Shown here: piece by piece, positions 7,235-17,519 of the stretch | Position numbering within the stretch: position 1 is the first letter of the stretch | How the letters are laid out: each line of letters starts with the position of its first letter | Origin: Candidatus Ornithoclostridium faecigallinarum | Lineage (GTDB): Bacteria > Bacillota > Clostridia > Christensenellales > UBA3700 | Length of the DNA: 50,264 nt | Direction: 5' to 3' | Assembly (NCBI GenBank): GCA_018713665.1 | Contig: DVOI01000021.1 | Location: 1 to 50,264, forward strand | Program-made: the position numbers and the translations under genes | Notes under the pieces: model-generated | Seen by the model: only the letters and a program-made list of their open reading frames with translations | Database searches by the model: none | What the model was told of the DNA's origin: nothing

Positions 7235-7279
7235 ATGCTCTTTTTGTTCACAGCCGCTCGGTGCGGCGAACTTGCGGCG

Positions 7280-9904
7280 TCAGTCTGCGCCGTACTTGAC
7301 GATGCCGAACGCCTTGACGATCTCCATCACTATCACGGACACGAACGAGAACGCGACCGCGATCAGATAGCCCCACCACTCGACATAGACCATGCCGAAC
7401 GCGCCGTTGACGCCGGGAACGAACACGACGAACGCGATCAGCGCGACCGAGATCAGCGCGACGATGTTCATGCGCCTGTTGCTGAACGGCCCTATCTTGA
7501 ACAGCGAGCGGTCGGAACGCATGTTGTACGCGTGGACGATCTGCGACAGCGACAGCGTGATGAACGCCAGCGTGCTTCCGCCCTCGATGCCGTGCCCCAT
7601 GACGTTGTCGCCGATGTAGAAGGACAGCAACACCAATATCGAGAACAGCGCGCCCTGAAGCCCTATGACCAATCCGAATTTGTGCGCGAACAGCCCTTCG
7701 TTTTTGGGACGGGGCGGATGTTTCATCACGTCTTTTTCGACCGCTTCCATGCCCAGCGCAATCGCCGGAAGCGAGTCGGTGACAAGGTTAATCCAAAGCA
7801 ATTGTATCGAGATGAACGGCGATTCGCGCCAAATCAGCATCGCGATGAACACCGAAAGTATCTCGCTGACGTTGGTGCTGAGCAAGAAGCCGACGACCTT
7901 CTTGATGTTGGCGAAGATGCCTCTGCCCTCTTTGACCGCGTCGACGATGGTCGCAAAGTTGTCGTCCGTCAATGTGACGTCCGCCGCGCCCTTTGCGACG
8001 TCGGTGCCGGTGATGCCCATCGCGCAGCCGATATCGGCGGCTTTGAGTGCGGGCGCATCGTTGACGCCGTCGCCGGTCATGGAGACGACCTTGCCCTTTT
8101 TCTGCCATGCCTTGACGATGCGGATCTTGTTCTCGGGCGAGACGCGCGCATATACGGAGATGTGCTCTATGTTGGCGTCGAGCTCTTCGTCGCTCATCTC
8201 GTCCAATTGCGGACCGGTGAGCGCCATGTCGCCCTCGCGGAAGATGTCGAGCTGTTTGGCGATTGCCTGCGCGGTGACGACGTGGTCGCCGGTAATCATC
8301 ACGGGCTTTATGCCAGCCTCGCGGCAGACGGCGACCGCGGCGGCAGCCTCGGGCCGCGGCGGATCGATCATGCCGACCAGGCCGATGAAAGTCAATTTAT
8401 CTTCGAGCGTTTCGGGCGTCGCCTCTTCGGGCAGCTTGTCGAGCACGCGATAGCCGACCGCCAATACGCGGAGCGCCTCGCGGCTCATCTCGTCGTTGGC
8501 GACCCTCGCCTTTTCGAGATCGCCCGCGACGCACAGCTTCGCCATCACGTCGAACGCGCCCTTTACGATCGCGACGTATTTGCCGTCCATCTCGTGAACG
8601 GTCGTCATCAATTTGCGGTCGGAATCGAACGGCACTTCGGCGACGCGAGGATAGGCGGTGTTGAGCTTGACCTTGTCGTCGCCCGCCTTTGTCGCGGCGA
8701 GCACTATCGCCGTCTCGGTCGGGTCGCCGATGTGGGTCTCTTTGCCGCCCTCTATGACGACGGAACCGTCACAGCAGAGCGCGCCGTAATCGAGCAATTT
8801 GCGCACGTCGTCGCCCAAATTTGCGACGTCGAGATCGGCGACAGCGCCGCCGTCGACGTACGTCTTGACGAGCGTCATCCTGTTTTGAGTCAATGTGCCC
8901 GTCTTGTCCGAACATATCACGGACGCGCTGCCCAGCGTCTCGACCGCCGGCAGCCGCTTGATGATCGCGTTCTTCTTGACCATGCGCGTGACGCCGATGG
9001 ACAGTACGATCGTGATGATCGCGGGAAGTCCCTCGGGGATCGCCGAGACCGCGAGCGAGACCGCTACCATAAAAATCTCGAGCGGCGGAATGCTGTCGAT
9101 CAAGCCGACGACAAACACGATCGCGCATGCGGCAAGCGCGACTATCCCAAGCCACTTGCCCAGTTTGGCGAGTTTTTGTTGCAGAGGCGTCGCCTCTTCC
9201 TTTTCGCCTGCGAGCAGGTCGGCGATCTTGCCCATCTCCGTCTTCATGCCCGTGCCGGTGACGACCGCGGTCGCTCTGCCGTAGGTGATCGAGCACCCCG
9301 AGAAGACCATGTTGCGGCGGTCGCCTATCGGCGCCTTGTCCTCGACGACGGCGTCCGAGTCCTTTTCGGACGGCACCGACTCGCCCGTCAGCGCGGATTC
9401 TTCCGATTTGAGATTGGCGCTGTCGATGAGCCTTGCGTCCGCCGGGACAAAGTCGCCCGCCTCGAGCTTGATGATGTCGCCCGGGACGACCTCGGTCGAC
9501 GAGATGACCGCCTCCTTGCCGTCGCGGATGACCTTTGCGTGCGGCGCGGACATGTTTTTGAGCGCTTCGAGCGCCTTTTCCGCCTTGTTTTCCTGCAACA
9601 CGCCTATCACCGCGTTCATGATGACGATGAAGAAGATGAGCGCAGGCTCGATGAACTCCATCGGGTCTTCGCCGAAGCACGCGACGACGAGCGAAATGAT
9701 CGCCGCGACGATCAAGATGATGATCATCACGTCTTTGAACTGTTCGAGAAAGCGGACGAAAAGACTCTTCTTTTTCTTTTCCGCCAGCTTGTTCTCGCCC
9801 ACTTCGGCAAGCCGCTTTTGCGCCTCCGCCGCGCTCAGCCCCTTTGACGGGTCGACGCCGAGAGAATCGAGCAGCTCCTGCTTGTCTCTGCTGTGGTTTT
9901 CCAT
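7280..9904 (-). CDS. Cation-translocating P-type ATPase (Ca2+-type, P2A-like)
   Basis: 874 aa with the ICSDKTGTLTQN phosphorylation motif, the TGDGVNDAPALK hinge and about 10 TM segments. Confidence 0.95.
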   Translation of the reverse strand: MENHSRDKQELLDSLGVDPSKGLSAAEAQKRLAEVGENKLAEKKKKSLFVRFLEQFKDVMIIILIVAAIISLVVACFGEDPMEFIEPALIFFIVIMNAVIGVLQENKAEKALEALKNMSAPHAKVIRDGKEAVISSTEVVPGDIIKLEAGDFVPADARLIDSANLKSEESALTGESVPSEKDSDAVVEDKAPIGDRRNMVFSGCSITYGRATAVVTGTGMKTEMGKIADLLAGEKEEATPLQQKLAKLGKWLGIVALAACAIVFVVGLIDSIPPLEIFMVAVSLAVSAIPEGLPAIITIVLSIGVTRMVKKNAIIKRLPAVETLGSASVICSDKTGTLTQNRMTLVKTYVDGGAVADLDVANLGDDVRKLLDYGALCCDGSVVIEGGKETHIGDPTETAIVLAATKAGDDKVKLNTAYPRVAEVPFDSDRKLMTTVHEMDGKYVAIVKGAFDVMAKLCVAGDLEKARVANDEMSREALRVLAVGYRVLDKLPEEATPETLEDKLTFIGLVGMIDPPRPEAAAAVAVCREAGIKPVMITGDHVVTAQAIAKQLDIFREGDMALTGPQLDEMSDEELDANIEHISVYARVSPENKIRIVKAWQKKGKVVSMTGDGVNDAPALKAADIGCAMGITGTDVAKGAADVTLTDDNFATIVDAVKEGRGIFANIKKVVGFLLSTNVSEILSVFIAMLIWRESPFISIQLLWINLVTDSLPAIALGMEAVEKDVMKHPPRPKNEGLFAHKFGLVIGLQGALFSILVLLSFYIGDNVMGHGIEGGSTLAFITLSLSQIVHAYNMRSDRSLFKIGPFSNRRMNIVALISVALIAFVVFVPGVNGAFGMVYVEWWGYLIAVAFSFVSVIVMEIVKAFGIVKYGAD

Positions 9905-9947
9905 TGCTGTCTCCTTGCGGCGTCATGGGCGCCGCGCCCTTATCATC

Positions 9948-11507
9948 TCAATATCTGTCCGCCGCAAGCAGCGAATACAGCTCGTTGTACACGGGCAGGT
10001 TGCAGCGATAGATCTTCTTGTAGACCCTGTTGTAGAACTGCAAATACCGCTCGTGATTTGCGGCGTCGGGCTGATAGACGGTCGTGACGCGCACCATCGC
10101 GTCTGACGCCTCCTCTATGCTGCCGTACACGCCGAGCGTCGCGAACGCGACGACAGCGCAGCCCAATCCGCTCGTCTCGTAAGTCTGCACCTTGTAGACG
10201 GGCATGCCGATGATGTCCGCCATGATCTTGCAGACGATCTCGCTCTGAGAGCCGCCGCCCGAGACGGCGACGCGCGTCACCGGATTGCCGGTGCGGCGCA
10301 TCAAATTCTCGAGCCCTTCGAACAGCGCGTAGCCCAAGCCCTCTATTATCGCGCGATAGATATGCGCGCGCGTGTGCACGTCATTGAAACCTATCATCAC
10401 GCCCTTCGCCTGCGGGGTCTTGAGCCCCGGTCCCCAATAGGGCTGGACGAGCAAGCCGTCGCTGCCGACCGGCACTTTGTTCAACGTGTCGTCAAGCAAT
10501 TTTTCTGCCGAAATGCCGAGACGCTCCGCCTCGTGCTGTTCGTAGAACGCGAATTGATCCCTGAACCAAGAGACCATCCAAAAGCCGCGGAAGATCTGAA
10601 TCTCGGGATTGTATTTGCCGTCGACGACCGACGTATATGCCGGCATGAACGTCTCCGGCTCGACATATTTGTCCGTCGTCACCTCGACGGAAGCGGCGGT
10701 GCCCAGGGAGATGCTGGCGACATCCCTGCCTATCGCGCCGTTGCCGACAGTCTCGCAGACCTTGTCCGCGCCCGTCGCAATCACCGGTATGCCCTCGGCA
10801 ATGCCTGTCGCCTCGCTCGCTTCGCGCGAGATCGCGCCGATCTTCTCTCCCGGGCGCACGAGCTCGCACATCTTGTCGATCGGACAGCCGAAGATACAAT
10901 AGTTGAGCGAGCGCTTGGTCATCCACTTGCGCTTTTTGTAGTCGTAGGGGAAGCGCGCCGCCTGCCCCGCGGTCGAGTCGGCAAGCCTTCCGGTCAGCTT
11001 GAAGTGGTACCACGCGGTGGGCATGACGATCTTCGCCGTCCTTTGCCACACCTCGGGCTGATTGACCCTGACCCAATTGGTGTAGCTGGTGCGGCGCTGC
11101 ACGCGCACCACCTCGCCCATGCCGACTGCCGAATAGATGAATCTCTTCCAAAGCGGCAGCGGATCGGGGCACTCGACCTCTCGCTTGTCCATCCAAAGAA
11201 TCGCGTCGCGCGTCGGCGCGCCGTCCTTGTCGAGGAAGAAAAGCGTGTTGCGAATGCTCGTCACGGTGACCGCGGCGACGTCTTTCCACCTGTCGCCCAA
11301 CCTTTCTTTCAATTGTTTTGAGACGGCGCAAATCCCCGTCCAAAGTTCATTGATGTCCTTTTCCGCCCTATTGTCGTTCTTGGAGATGTACGGCGGCTCT
11401 TCTCTTCTCACCTTGTCGACGAGCTCGCCGCGGCAATCGAACGCCAGGGCGCGCGTACTCTGCGTGCCCACGTCGAAGACCAAGACGAGCCTATTGTCGT
11501 CGTTCAT
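9948..11507 (-). CDS. FGGY-family carbohydrate kinase
   Basis: 519 aa. N-terminus LVLVFDVGTQSTRALAFD and a C-terminal VSGGGSQSEI-type FGGY signature. Confidence 0.9.
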   Translation of the reverse strand: MNDDNRLVLVFDVGTQSTRALAFDCRGELVDKVRREEPPYISKNDNRAEKDINELWTGICAVSKQLKERLGDRWKDVAAVTVTSIRNTLFFLDKDGAPTRDAILWMDKREVECPDPLPLWKRFIYSAVGMGEVVRVQRRTSYTNWVRVNQPEVWQRTAKIVMPTAWYHFKLTGRLADSTAGQAARFPYDYKKRKWMTKRSLNYCIFGCPIDKMCELVRPGEKIGAISREASEATGIAEGIPVIATGADKVCETVGNGAIGRDVASISLGTAASVEVTTDKYVEPETFMPAYTSVVDGKYNPEIQIFRGFWMVSWFRDQFAFYEQHEAERLGISAEKLLDDTLNKVPVGSDGLLVQPYWGPGLKTPQAKGVMIGFNDVHTRAHIYRAIIEGLGYALFEGLENLMRRTGNPVTRVAVSGGGSQSEIVCKIMADIIGMPVYKVQTYETSGLGCAVVAFATLGVYGSIEEASDAMVRVTTVYQPDAANHERYLQFYNRVYKKIYRCNLPVYNELYSLLAADRY

Positions 11508-13120
11508 CTGTTCTCCTCCAACTTTCTGTAATCTACTTTGCCTATCTGGGTGAGAGGCAATTTTTGCACAAAAATTATCCTTCGCGGCATGTTGTACTTG
11601 ACCAACTTGGCGCCAATCTCGTCGCGCACCGTCCTCTCGACCGCCGCCTCGTCCGCTCCCTCTTCGGGCTGAACGTACAGCTTGACCGCCGCCTTGCCGT
11701 CATATTCGTCGGCGACCGCGCAGCAACGCTTGACGCCGCTCGCCTTGTTGACCACGTTCTCAATCTCCTGAGGGAAGACGTTGTGCCCCGAGATCTTGAT
11801 CATCCTCTTCTTGCGGTCGACGAAATAGACGAATCCGTCCTCGTCAAGCCTGCCTATGTCGCCGGTGCGTATCCACCGTTTGCCGCCGTATTCGAAAAAC
11901 ACCTTTGCGGTCGTCTCGGGGTCGTTGTAATAGCGCGTCATCGCCATATCGGTGCTGATACACAACTCCCCCTCCCTGCCTCGCGGCACGGGCGCGCCGT
12001 CGTCGCCGAACGCCTCAAAAAACGTGTTTTCGACGGGCTTGCCAATCGAGCCGAGACGCTCTCTGCCGCACATGTTCACGCAGCATATACCTGCCTCCGT
12101 AAGTCCGTATCCCTCATACAATTTTATGGGATTACCGACACGGGCAGCCAAATTGTCAAACTTGCGCCTTATGCTGTCCGACAGCCTGTCTCCGCCGCAA
12201 TAGCAATATTTGAGGCGGCGCATGATGTCTTCGCCGAACGCGCCCGAATCGAGCATCTTGCCGTACATATTGGGCACGCCGCAGATGAACGTGACCCCGG
12301 CGCGGCGGCACAACTTGCATGCCGCTCTTCCGTCGAACTTGGGCATCAATACAATCTTGCCGCCGGCGCTGAGCGATGTGTGCATGCACACTCCCAGCCC
12401 GAAGTTGTGGAACAGCGGAAGCACCATCAACATCGCGTCCCTGTCGTCGACCGGTTTGCCGCCGATCAGCGCGAGAAGGTTGTGCGCTAAGGCATTGAAC
12501 GCGCGGTTGGACAGCTCCACGCTCTTGGGCGTGCCGGTCGTGCCGCCGCTGTGCATATAGATTGCGATGTCTTCGCCGCCGATTTCCGCCTCTGCGGCTC
12601 CGCCTTGAAGCCCCATGCCCCTCTTCACCGCCGAAAGAAAGCTCTCTTGCCCTCTCGACGGAGAGGTCGTCCTCTTCTTCGCAAGGCGATAGAAGGGCGC
12701 GAGAACGCGCGGCAGATAGTCCGCCGCGGACGCGATGAAGGTCTTGACACCCAACTCTTCCCAGCCGTCGTAACCGCCGTAAAATTCGTCAAAGAGCACC
12801 GCCGCCTTGCTGTGCATCGTCCGGGCAATCTGCACCAACCTGCTCGCGGTGACGAGCGGATGGACGAGATTCGCAATCGCGCCGATCTTGTTGACCGCAT
12901 AGAACGCGATGACCGCGTCCGGAATGTTGCCCAGGCATATGATGACGTTGTCGCCCTTGCCGACGCCGATCTCGGTCAGCCTCGCCGCAAAGCCGTCAAT
13001 CTCCGCCATCACCTCGCCGAGCGTGAGCTCGCGCCCGTAAAAGGAAACGGTCCTGTTGGTCCGCGGCAGATGCGCGGTCCCCTCCTTGAAATAGGCGAAC
13101 ATGGACTTGTCTGTCGTCAT
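11504..13120 (-). CDS. AMP-dependent synthetase/ligase (acyl-CoA synthetase family)
   Basis: 538 aa. AMP-binding signature YMHSGGTTGTPKSV. Its stop overlaps the kinase start (ATGA, 11504-11507). Confidence 0.9.
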   Translation of the reverse strand: MTTDKSMFAYFKEGTAHLPRTNRTVSFYGRELTLGEVMAEIDGFAARLTEIGVGKGDNVIICLGNIPDAVIAFYAVNKIGAIANLVHPLVTASRLVQIARTMHSKAAVLFDEFYGGYDGWEELGVKTFIASAADYLPRVLAPFYRLAKKRTTSPSRGQESFLSAVKRGMGLQGGAAEAEIGGEDIAIYMHSGGTTGTPKSVELSNRAFNALAHNLLALIGGKPVDDRDAMLMVLPLFHNFGLGVCMHTSLSAGGKIVLMPKFDGRAACKLCRRAGVTFICGVPNMYGKMLDSGAFGEDIMRRLKYCYCGGDRLSDSIRRKFDNLAARVGNPIKLYEGYGLTEAGICCVNMCGRERLGSIGKPVENTFFEAFGDDGAPVPRGREGELCISTDMAMTRYYNDPETTAKVFFEYGGKRWIRTGDIGRLDEDGFVYFVDRKKRMIKISGHNVFPQEIENVVNKASGVKRCCAVADEYDGKAAVKLYVQPEEGADEAAVERTVRDEIGAKLVKYNMPRRIIFVQKLPLTQIGKVDYRKLEENR

Positions 13121-13986
13121 ACCGCCACCGCCTTCGGTCTCAAAAACCGCTCGAATTGAAGTCTGTCAAGCCTTTTGCCGTACATCGCAAAGATGACCGC
13201 CGTCTGGACCGCGACCGCAATGAGCATCGCAACCGCGACGTCGGACAGATAGTGATGTCCGTCGCAAATCCTCGCAAACGCGGTGACCGTCGTCACGGCG
13301 ATTGCGAGCACGGCGGTCGCGTTCACCTTGCCCTCGAAGCGCGGATTGATCGCGCAGAGCGGCACAAGCATGAACAATGTCGCCGCATACGCGGTGTGTC
13401 CCGACGGCATCGAATCGCCGCCGTCCACCTTGACAAAGTCGTACCACGGAGCAAATTCCGCCGCTCCGTCGACGACGTCGAGGAAGCGCGCGCGAGAGAA
13501 TATCTCTTTGACGACAGAGACGGCCGCCCCGATTGCCACGACCGCGATGGCGACCGCGACAGCCCACTTGAAGTAGGCGAGCAGGCGCTCTTCGTCAATG
13601 CGCGCGGTCGCAAAGCCGACCACGCACGCGAGCACCGCGCCGAGCGCCGCGCAGGCGGCAAGCGACAACGCCGTGCTGTCCGTCAAAAGGTCGGTCGCGT
13701 CCTTGAAGTTGAACGCGCAGACCGCATAGGTCAAAAGATAGAATATCGCCGCGACCCATTTGACGCGGTATTTGCGCAAAAAGTATTGACCGCCAATCCC
13801 TCCGGCAATCGCGAGCAACACGAAAGCCGGCATCTTGCCGATTGCCTCGTACATGTCGGCGAACGCGTTTTTGCCGAGATAGAACGCCTTGGCGACCGCT
13901 TCGTCGAACACGGAACCGACAACGAACAACGCCAGCGCGAACGCACCGAACACGCCTGCCCAAACCGCAACCTTGCGCGCGCTCAT
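13117..13986 (-). CDS. PAP2-family phosphatase (membrane)
   Basis: I trimmed the track ORF 13117..14223 to ATG 13986 (MSARKVAVWAGVFGAF...). PAP2 motifs present: KEIFSRAR, PSGHT, ARICDGHHYLSD. ATGA overlaps at both ends. Confidence 0.8.
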   Translation of the reverse strand: MSARKVAVWAGVFGAFALALFVVGSVFDEAVAKAFYLGKNAFADMYEAIGKMPAFVLLAIAGGIGGQYFLRKYRVKWVAAIFYLLTYAVCAFNFKDATDLLTDSTALSLAACAALGAVLACVVGFATARIDEERLLAYFKWAVAVAIAVVAIGAAVSVVKEIFSRARFLDVVDGAAEFAPWYDFVKVDGGDSMPSGHTAYAATLFMLVPLCAINPRFEGKVNATAVLAIAVTTVTAFARICDGHHYLSDVAVAMLIAVAVQTAVIFAMYGKRLDRLQFERFLRPKAVAV

Positions 13987-14891
13987 TCCTTTTTCTCCTC
14001 TTTCGGCAAGGCAATCGCAAAGTTGTACTTGCCCTTGCCGAAAAACGCGCGGCGAAGCGCGACAAAGATCAAATAGGTCAAATAGCCGCCGACAAGCACG
14101 TCGGACAAAAAGTGCGCGTTGGCGACGATGCGCGAGATTGCGACGACGACGGTGAACGCCGTACAGCCGATGTTGACGCCTATCCTCACGCCCTTCCTGT
14201 CCCAGCCGGGAATGATGTCGCAAAGCGCGGCAAACAAGAAGATGTGCGCGGCGGACGAAGTGTGTCCCGACGGGAACGACGTGTAGTCGCCGTCCTCAAT
14301 CATGTCCTCTCTGCCGAACATAATCTTGTACCACGGCGTAAAGCCGTCCTCACTGCCGACTTTGAGCATGTCGCGGTAGCGCATGCGGCACCAAATGTTC
14401 TTCATCACCTGCATGACGACGACCGCCGCGGCGGCAAACGCAACCGCAAACACCGCGAACTTGAACAGCCTGTGCATCTTCTCGCGCTCAATCAGCGACC
14501 CCAGCCAAAGCCCGAGCATGCCGAGCATGATGCCGAACATGCAAGCAAAGCCCTCAAGGTGAGGAATCTCGGTCAGCTTGGTGCTCTGCACCCCGAAGAA
14601 TATCCAACCGCCGATTGACAGCGCCGCGCCGAGCACGCATATCGCGACGCGAACGCGCATGTCGTCAAACAGGTCGTGATTGTAGAAAATGATGACGCCG
14701 GCAACGGGAAGAACGAGGTATGCCGGATATTCGCCCAAAACGGCAAAGAATTGCGCAAAGAAAGAGTCGCCGTTCGAGAGCGCGCGACTGATCTGAAGAT
14801 CGTATACCGAAGCGACCGCAAGCAACGCGGCAAAGCACAAAAACGCCGCGGCGTTGACTGTGATAACGGTCGAACTTTTGAACTTGAACAT
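13983..14891 (-). CDS. PAP2-family phosphatase (membrane), paralogue of the downstream gene
   Basis: 302 aa. PAP2 motifs present: KNIWCRMR, PSGHT, SRIVANAHFLSD. GGAG Shine-Dalgarno upstream. Confidence 0.8.
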   Translation of the reverse strand: MFKFKSSTVITVNAAAFLCFAALLAVASVYDLQISRALSNGDSFFAQFFAVLGEYPAYLVLPVAGVIIFYNHDLFDDMRVRVAICVLGAALSIGGWIFFGVQSTKLTEIPHLEGFACMFGIMLGMLGLWLGSLIEREKMHRLFKFAVFAVAFAAAAVVVMQVMKNIWCRMRYRDMLKVGSEDGFTPWYKIMFGREDMIEDGDYTSFPSGHTSSAAHIFLFAALCDIIPGWDRKGVRIGVNIGCTAFTVVVAISRIVANAHFLSDVLVGGYLTYLIFVALRRAFFGKGKYNFAIALPKEEKKE

Positions 14892-14919
14892 TTCGGCTCC
14901 TCGCGCTTATATTATAAAT

Positions 14920-14948
14920 ATTATAATACATTCGCACGCGTTATGCAA
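14920..14948 (-). promoter_or_regulatory. Putative promoter of the PAP2-PAP2-ligase-kinase operon (TTGCAT-17-TATAAT)
   Basis: The minus strand reads TTGCAT (14948-14943), a 17-nt spacer, then TATAAT (14925-14920). Confidence 0.45.
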
Positions 14949-15020
14949 CCGTTTGGGCGCGCGTTGGGCGCGCGCAACACGCACATATGCGAATGCGCGC
15001 GCAAAGTCGCGGAAAAGCGC

Positions 15021-15052
15021 AAAAAAAGTCACCGAGGAGTGACCTCGGTGAC
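15021..15052 (-). terminator. Rho-independent terminator of the lipoprotein gene
   Basis: 10-bp stem GTCACCGAGG/CCTCGGTGAC (15028-15037 and 15043-15052), followed on the minus strand by TTTTTTT (15027-15021). Confidence 0.75.
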
Positions 15053-15070
15053 ATGTTTGCCGTGCTCGGC

Positions 15071-16126
15071 TTATTTTGCGGCAGCTTGGACTTGGCCGAT
15101 CTGCGAGACGACGAATGCGCCGTGATCGACATCCGGCAACGGCAGGTCGTTCTCGTCGAAGAAGAACGCCTTGGTCGAAGTCAGGGTGACGACGGAGTCG
15201 ATAATGCCGCCCGCGAGACCCATCTCGTAGCTCTCGGTGACCACGACCTTTCTGAGGAAGCCGTTGGGCCACACCTGGACGTCAAGCCTAATCTCGGTGA
15301 ATTCAAACTTGCTGGGAGTTTGTCCTTGGCTCTTGAGCATGTAGAGCATCTGCTCTTCGTACTCCGCGACGGAATAGTTGTCGCTGGTCTTGTCGACGTT
15401 GCCGCTGACGGAGAGGGTGTAGTATTGCGCTCCGGTGTCGGGGTCGGTTTCAAGTTTGGGGGCAACCGTCTTGTCGTTGAGAATGGTGTTCGCGTCGATG
15501 ACGTACATCCAAATCCTGGTCGGATCGGCATATCTCTCATTCGCATACTCATCGAGGCTGTTGTAGGTCAAGACGTCGGTGAAGTCGGCGGTGCCGTTAT
15601 TCCATTCGAACCAGGTGTCGGTGATCGTACCGTCGGTGTCGTTGTATTTGTTCGCGGTCAAAGATTTGCTGTTCGCGCTCCTGAAATACATGTTGACCGA
15701 ATCGCCCGACTTGACATAGTCGGTCTCTTCCCAAATCTTGATGTCAATCGCAGCACCGAGCATGCCGCCGTCCTTGACGGTGCCGGACTGGTTCTGATAG
15801 AACAACTTGTTGTCCGCATCGGATGCGCCTTCTCTGATGGTGACCGACTTGACAAACTGGGTGAGCGTCATACCTATGACCTCGGTGGTCAAGGAACCGG
15901 ACGTCCTCGCAATCGCGAAGTCCGCTCCGTAATAGTTTTTGACAGCCGCGTTGAGCATCTCGATTGCGCTCATGTCCCCATTGATCTCGACGGTCGGGTC
16001 GAGCTTGGGAGCGACGTTGGCAACTTCGGATCTCAAGTTCATCGAGGTACCGCCGCAGGCGACAAACGAGAACGCCATGACGACAGCGAGAGCCGCCGCA
16101 ATTGCAATCATTGCAAATCTCTTCAT
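15071..16126 (-). CDS. Lipoprotein of unknown function
   Basis: 351 aa. Signal peptide with lipobox MKRFAMIAIAAALAVVMAFSFVAC-GG. Strong AAGGAGA Shine-Dalgarno. No family recognised. Confidence 0.8.
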   Translation of the reverse strand: MKRFAMIAIAAALAVVMAFSFVACGGTSMNLRSEVANVAPKLDPTVEINGDMSAIEMLNAAVKNYYGADFAIARTSGSLTTEVIGMTLTQFVKSVTIREGASDADNKLFYQNQSGTVKDGGMLGAAIDIKIWEETDYVKSGDSVNMYFRSANSKSLTANKYNDTDGTITDTWFEWNNGTADFTDVLTYNSLDEYANERYADPTRIWMYVIDANTILNDKTVAPKLETDPDTGAQYYTLSVSGNVDKTSDNYSVAEYEEQMLYMLKSQGQTPSKFEFTEIRLDVQVWPNGFLRKVVVTESYEMGLAGGIIDSVVTLTSTKAFFFDENDLPLPDVDHGAFVVSQIGQVQAAAK

Positions 16127-16429
16127 ATCTTTCTCCTTTTTTTGACGACGTTAGCCGTTTTTCTCTATTCTATAATAGTGTAATGTAAAATGCAAGTAAA
16201 ATCACTCAAAAAACTCACAACACCGTTTTGTGAATGATTTTCACCGAAAAATACCACAGTTTGCCACATTTTCGCGCGAATATATAATATACTCGCATTT
16301 GCACGCGCGAATTTTTCGCCGTCAAGACTTCGCCGTCAAAAAATTGACAAAACACACAAATTTATATATCATAAATACGAACGCGCTCGCGCAGCACGGC
16401 TTGCGCGCGAACGTCCAAAGGAGGAAACC

Positions 16430-17317
16430 ATGAGCAACTATTGGATCACCACCGAGGCGACCGCGGACTTCCCCGAAAGTTTGATGAAAGAGGACTTCGC
16501 GATCATTCCGATGTCCTACACCGTCAAGGGAGAGTTCTTCGACGGCGCGGACAAAAAACTCACTCCCAAACAATTCTACGACGCATGCCGCGAGGCGAAA
16601 ACGGCGGCGGACCTGCCGACGACGTCGATGATCACCGCATATCAGGCGGAAGAGTTTTTCCGCCCCATCCTCGCGGCGGGCAACGACATAATCCACATAG
16701 GCTTTTCGTCGGCGCTGTCGGGCACTTTCGAACAGCTCAAGATGGCAGAAAAGAGCCTTTCCGCCGAATTCCCCGACAGGCGCATCACCGTCATCGATTC
16801 CAAGACCGCGTGTTTCATCGAAGGGCTCGCCGCCTACTATACCCTGCTCAAACGCGACGAAGGCGCAAGCTATGACGAATGCGTCGCCTTTGTCGAGCGC
16901 ATTTTGCCGCACTGCACGGGCTTTTTCACGATCGACGACATCGGGCACCTGCAACGCACGGGCAGGGTCGGCAAGGCGGAGGCGTTCATCGGCGGCACGC
17001 TGCACATCAAGCCCGTGCTGACCGTCGACGACGACGGCAAACTCATCCCGTTCGCCAAAGTCATTTCGCGCAAAAAGGCGCTCCGCTTCCTCGTCGAGAT
17101 GATGCGCAAAAAAATGCTGCCTCAAAGCGAACAAAAACTTGTCGCGATCGGCCATGCGGACGCATACGACGACGCCGTCGCGCTCGAAAAGACGGTACGG
17201 GAAGAATTCGGCGTGGAAAACACCGTGATCTTCGACGTCGGCACCGTGATCGGTTCGCACGTCGGCGCGGGAATGGTCGCGCTGATCTTCCTTGCCGAAG
17301 ACCGCAATTACCGCTGA
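16430..17317 (+). CDS. DegV-family fatty-acid-binding protein
   Basis: 295 aa. The layout is typical of DegV (ITTEATADFP...IIPMSYTV...IHIGFSSALSGT). AAAGGAGGA Shine-Dalgarno. Confidence 0.9.
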   Translation: MSNYWITTEATADFPESLMKEDFAIIPMSYTVKGEFFDGADKKLTPKQFYDACREAKTAADLPTTSMITAYQAEEFFRPILAAGNDIIHIGFSSALSGTFEQLKMAEKSLSAEFPDRRITVIDSKTACFIEGLAAYYTLLKRDEGASYDECVAFVERILPHCTGFFTIDDIGHLQRTGRVGKAEAFIGGTLHIKPVLTVDDDGKLIPFAKVISRKKALRFLVEMMRKKMLPQSEQKLVAIGHADAYDDAVALEKTVREEFGVENTVIFDVGTVIGSHVGAGMVALIFLAEDRNYR

Positions 17318-17342
17318 AAAACCATCGATCCCGCAACAATTC

Positions 17343-17380
17343 GATCCCGCCTCGCCGAGGCGGGATCTTTGCGCTCTTTT
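17343..17380 (+). terminator. Rho-independent terminator of degV
   Basis: 11-bp stem GATCCCGCCTC/GAGGCGGGATC (17343-17367), followed by tttgcgctctttt. Confidence 0.7.
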
Positions 17381-17519
17381 GCCGCGAACGGAAGAGCCCT
17401 CCGTGATGTCGATATGAAAAATGTCCGCGATCACGCAATCGGCGCCGCGGACGTCTGCCGTTCCGTACCTGCCGTTGCGCTCCGTTTTTGCGGCGCCGCA
17501 TTCGACTGCCTTTCCGCCG

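Noticed and set aside
7235-9847. 870-aa plus-strand ORF
   Set aside because: It lies exactly antisense to the unmistakable P-type ATPase gene. Its product is Arg/Asp/His-rich low-complexity sequence. It is a stop-free mirror frame typical of high-GC coding DNA.
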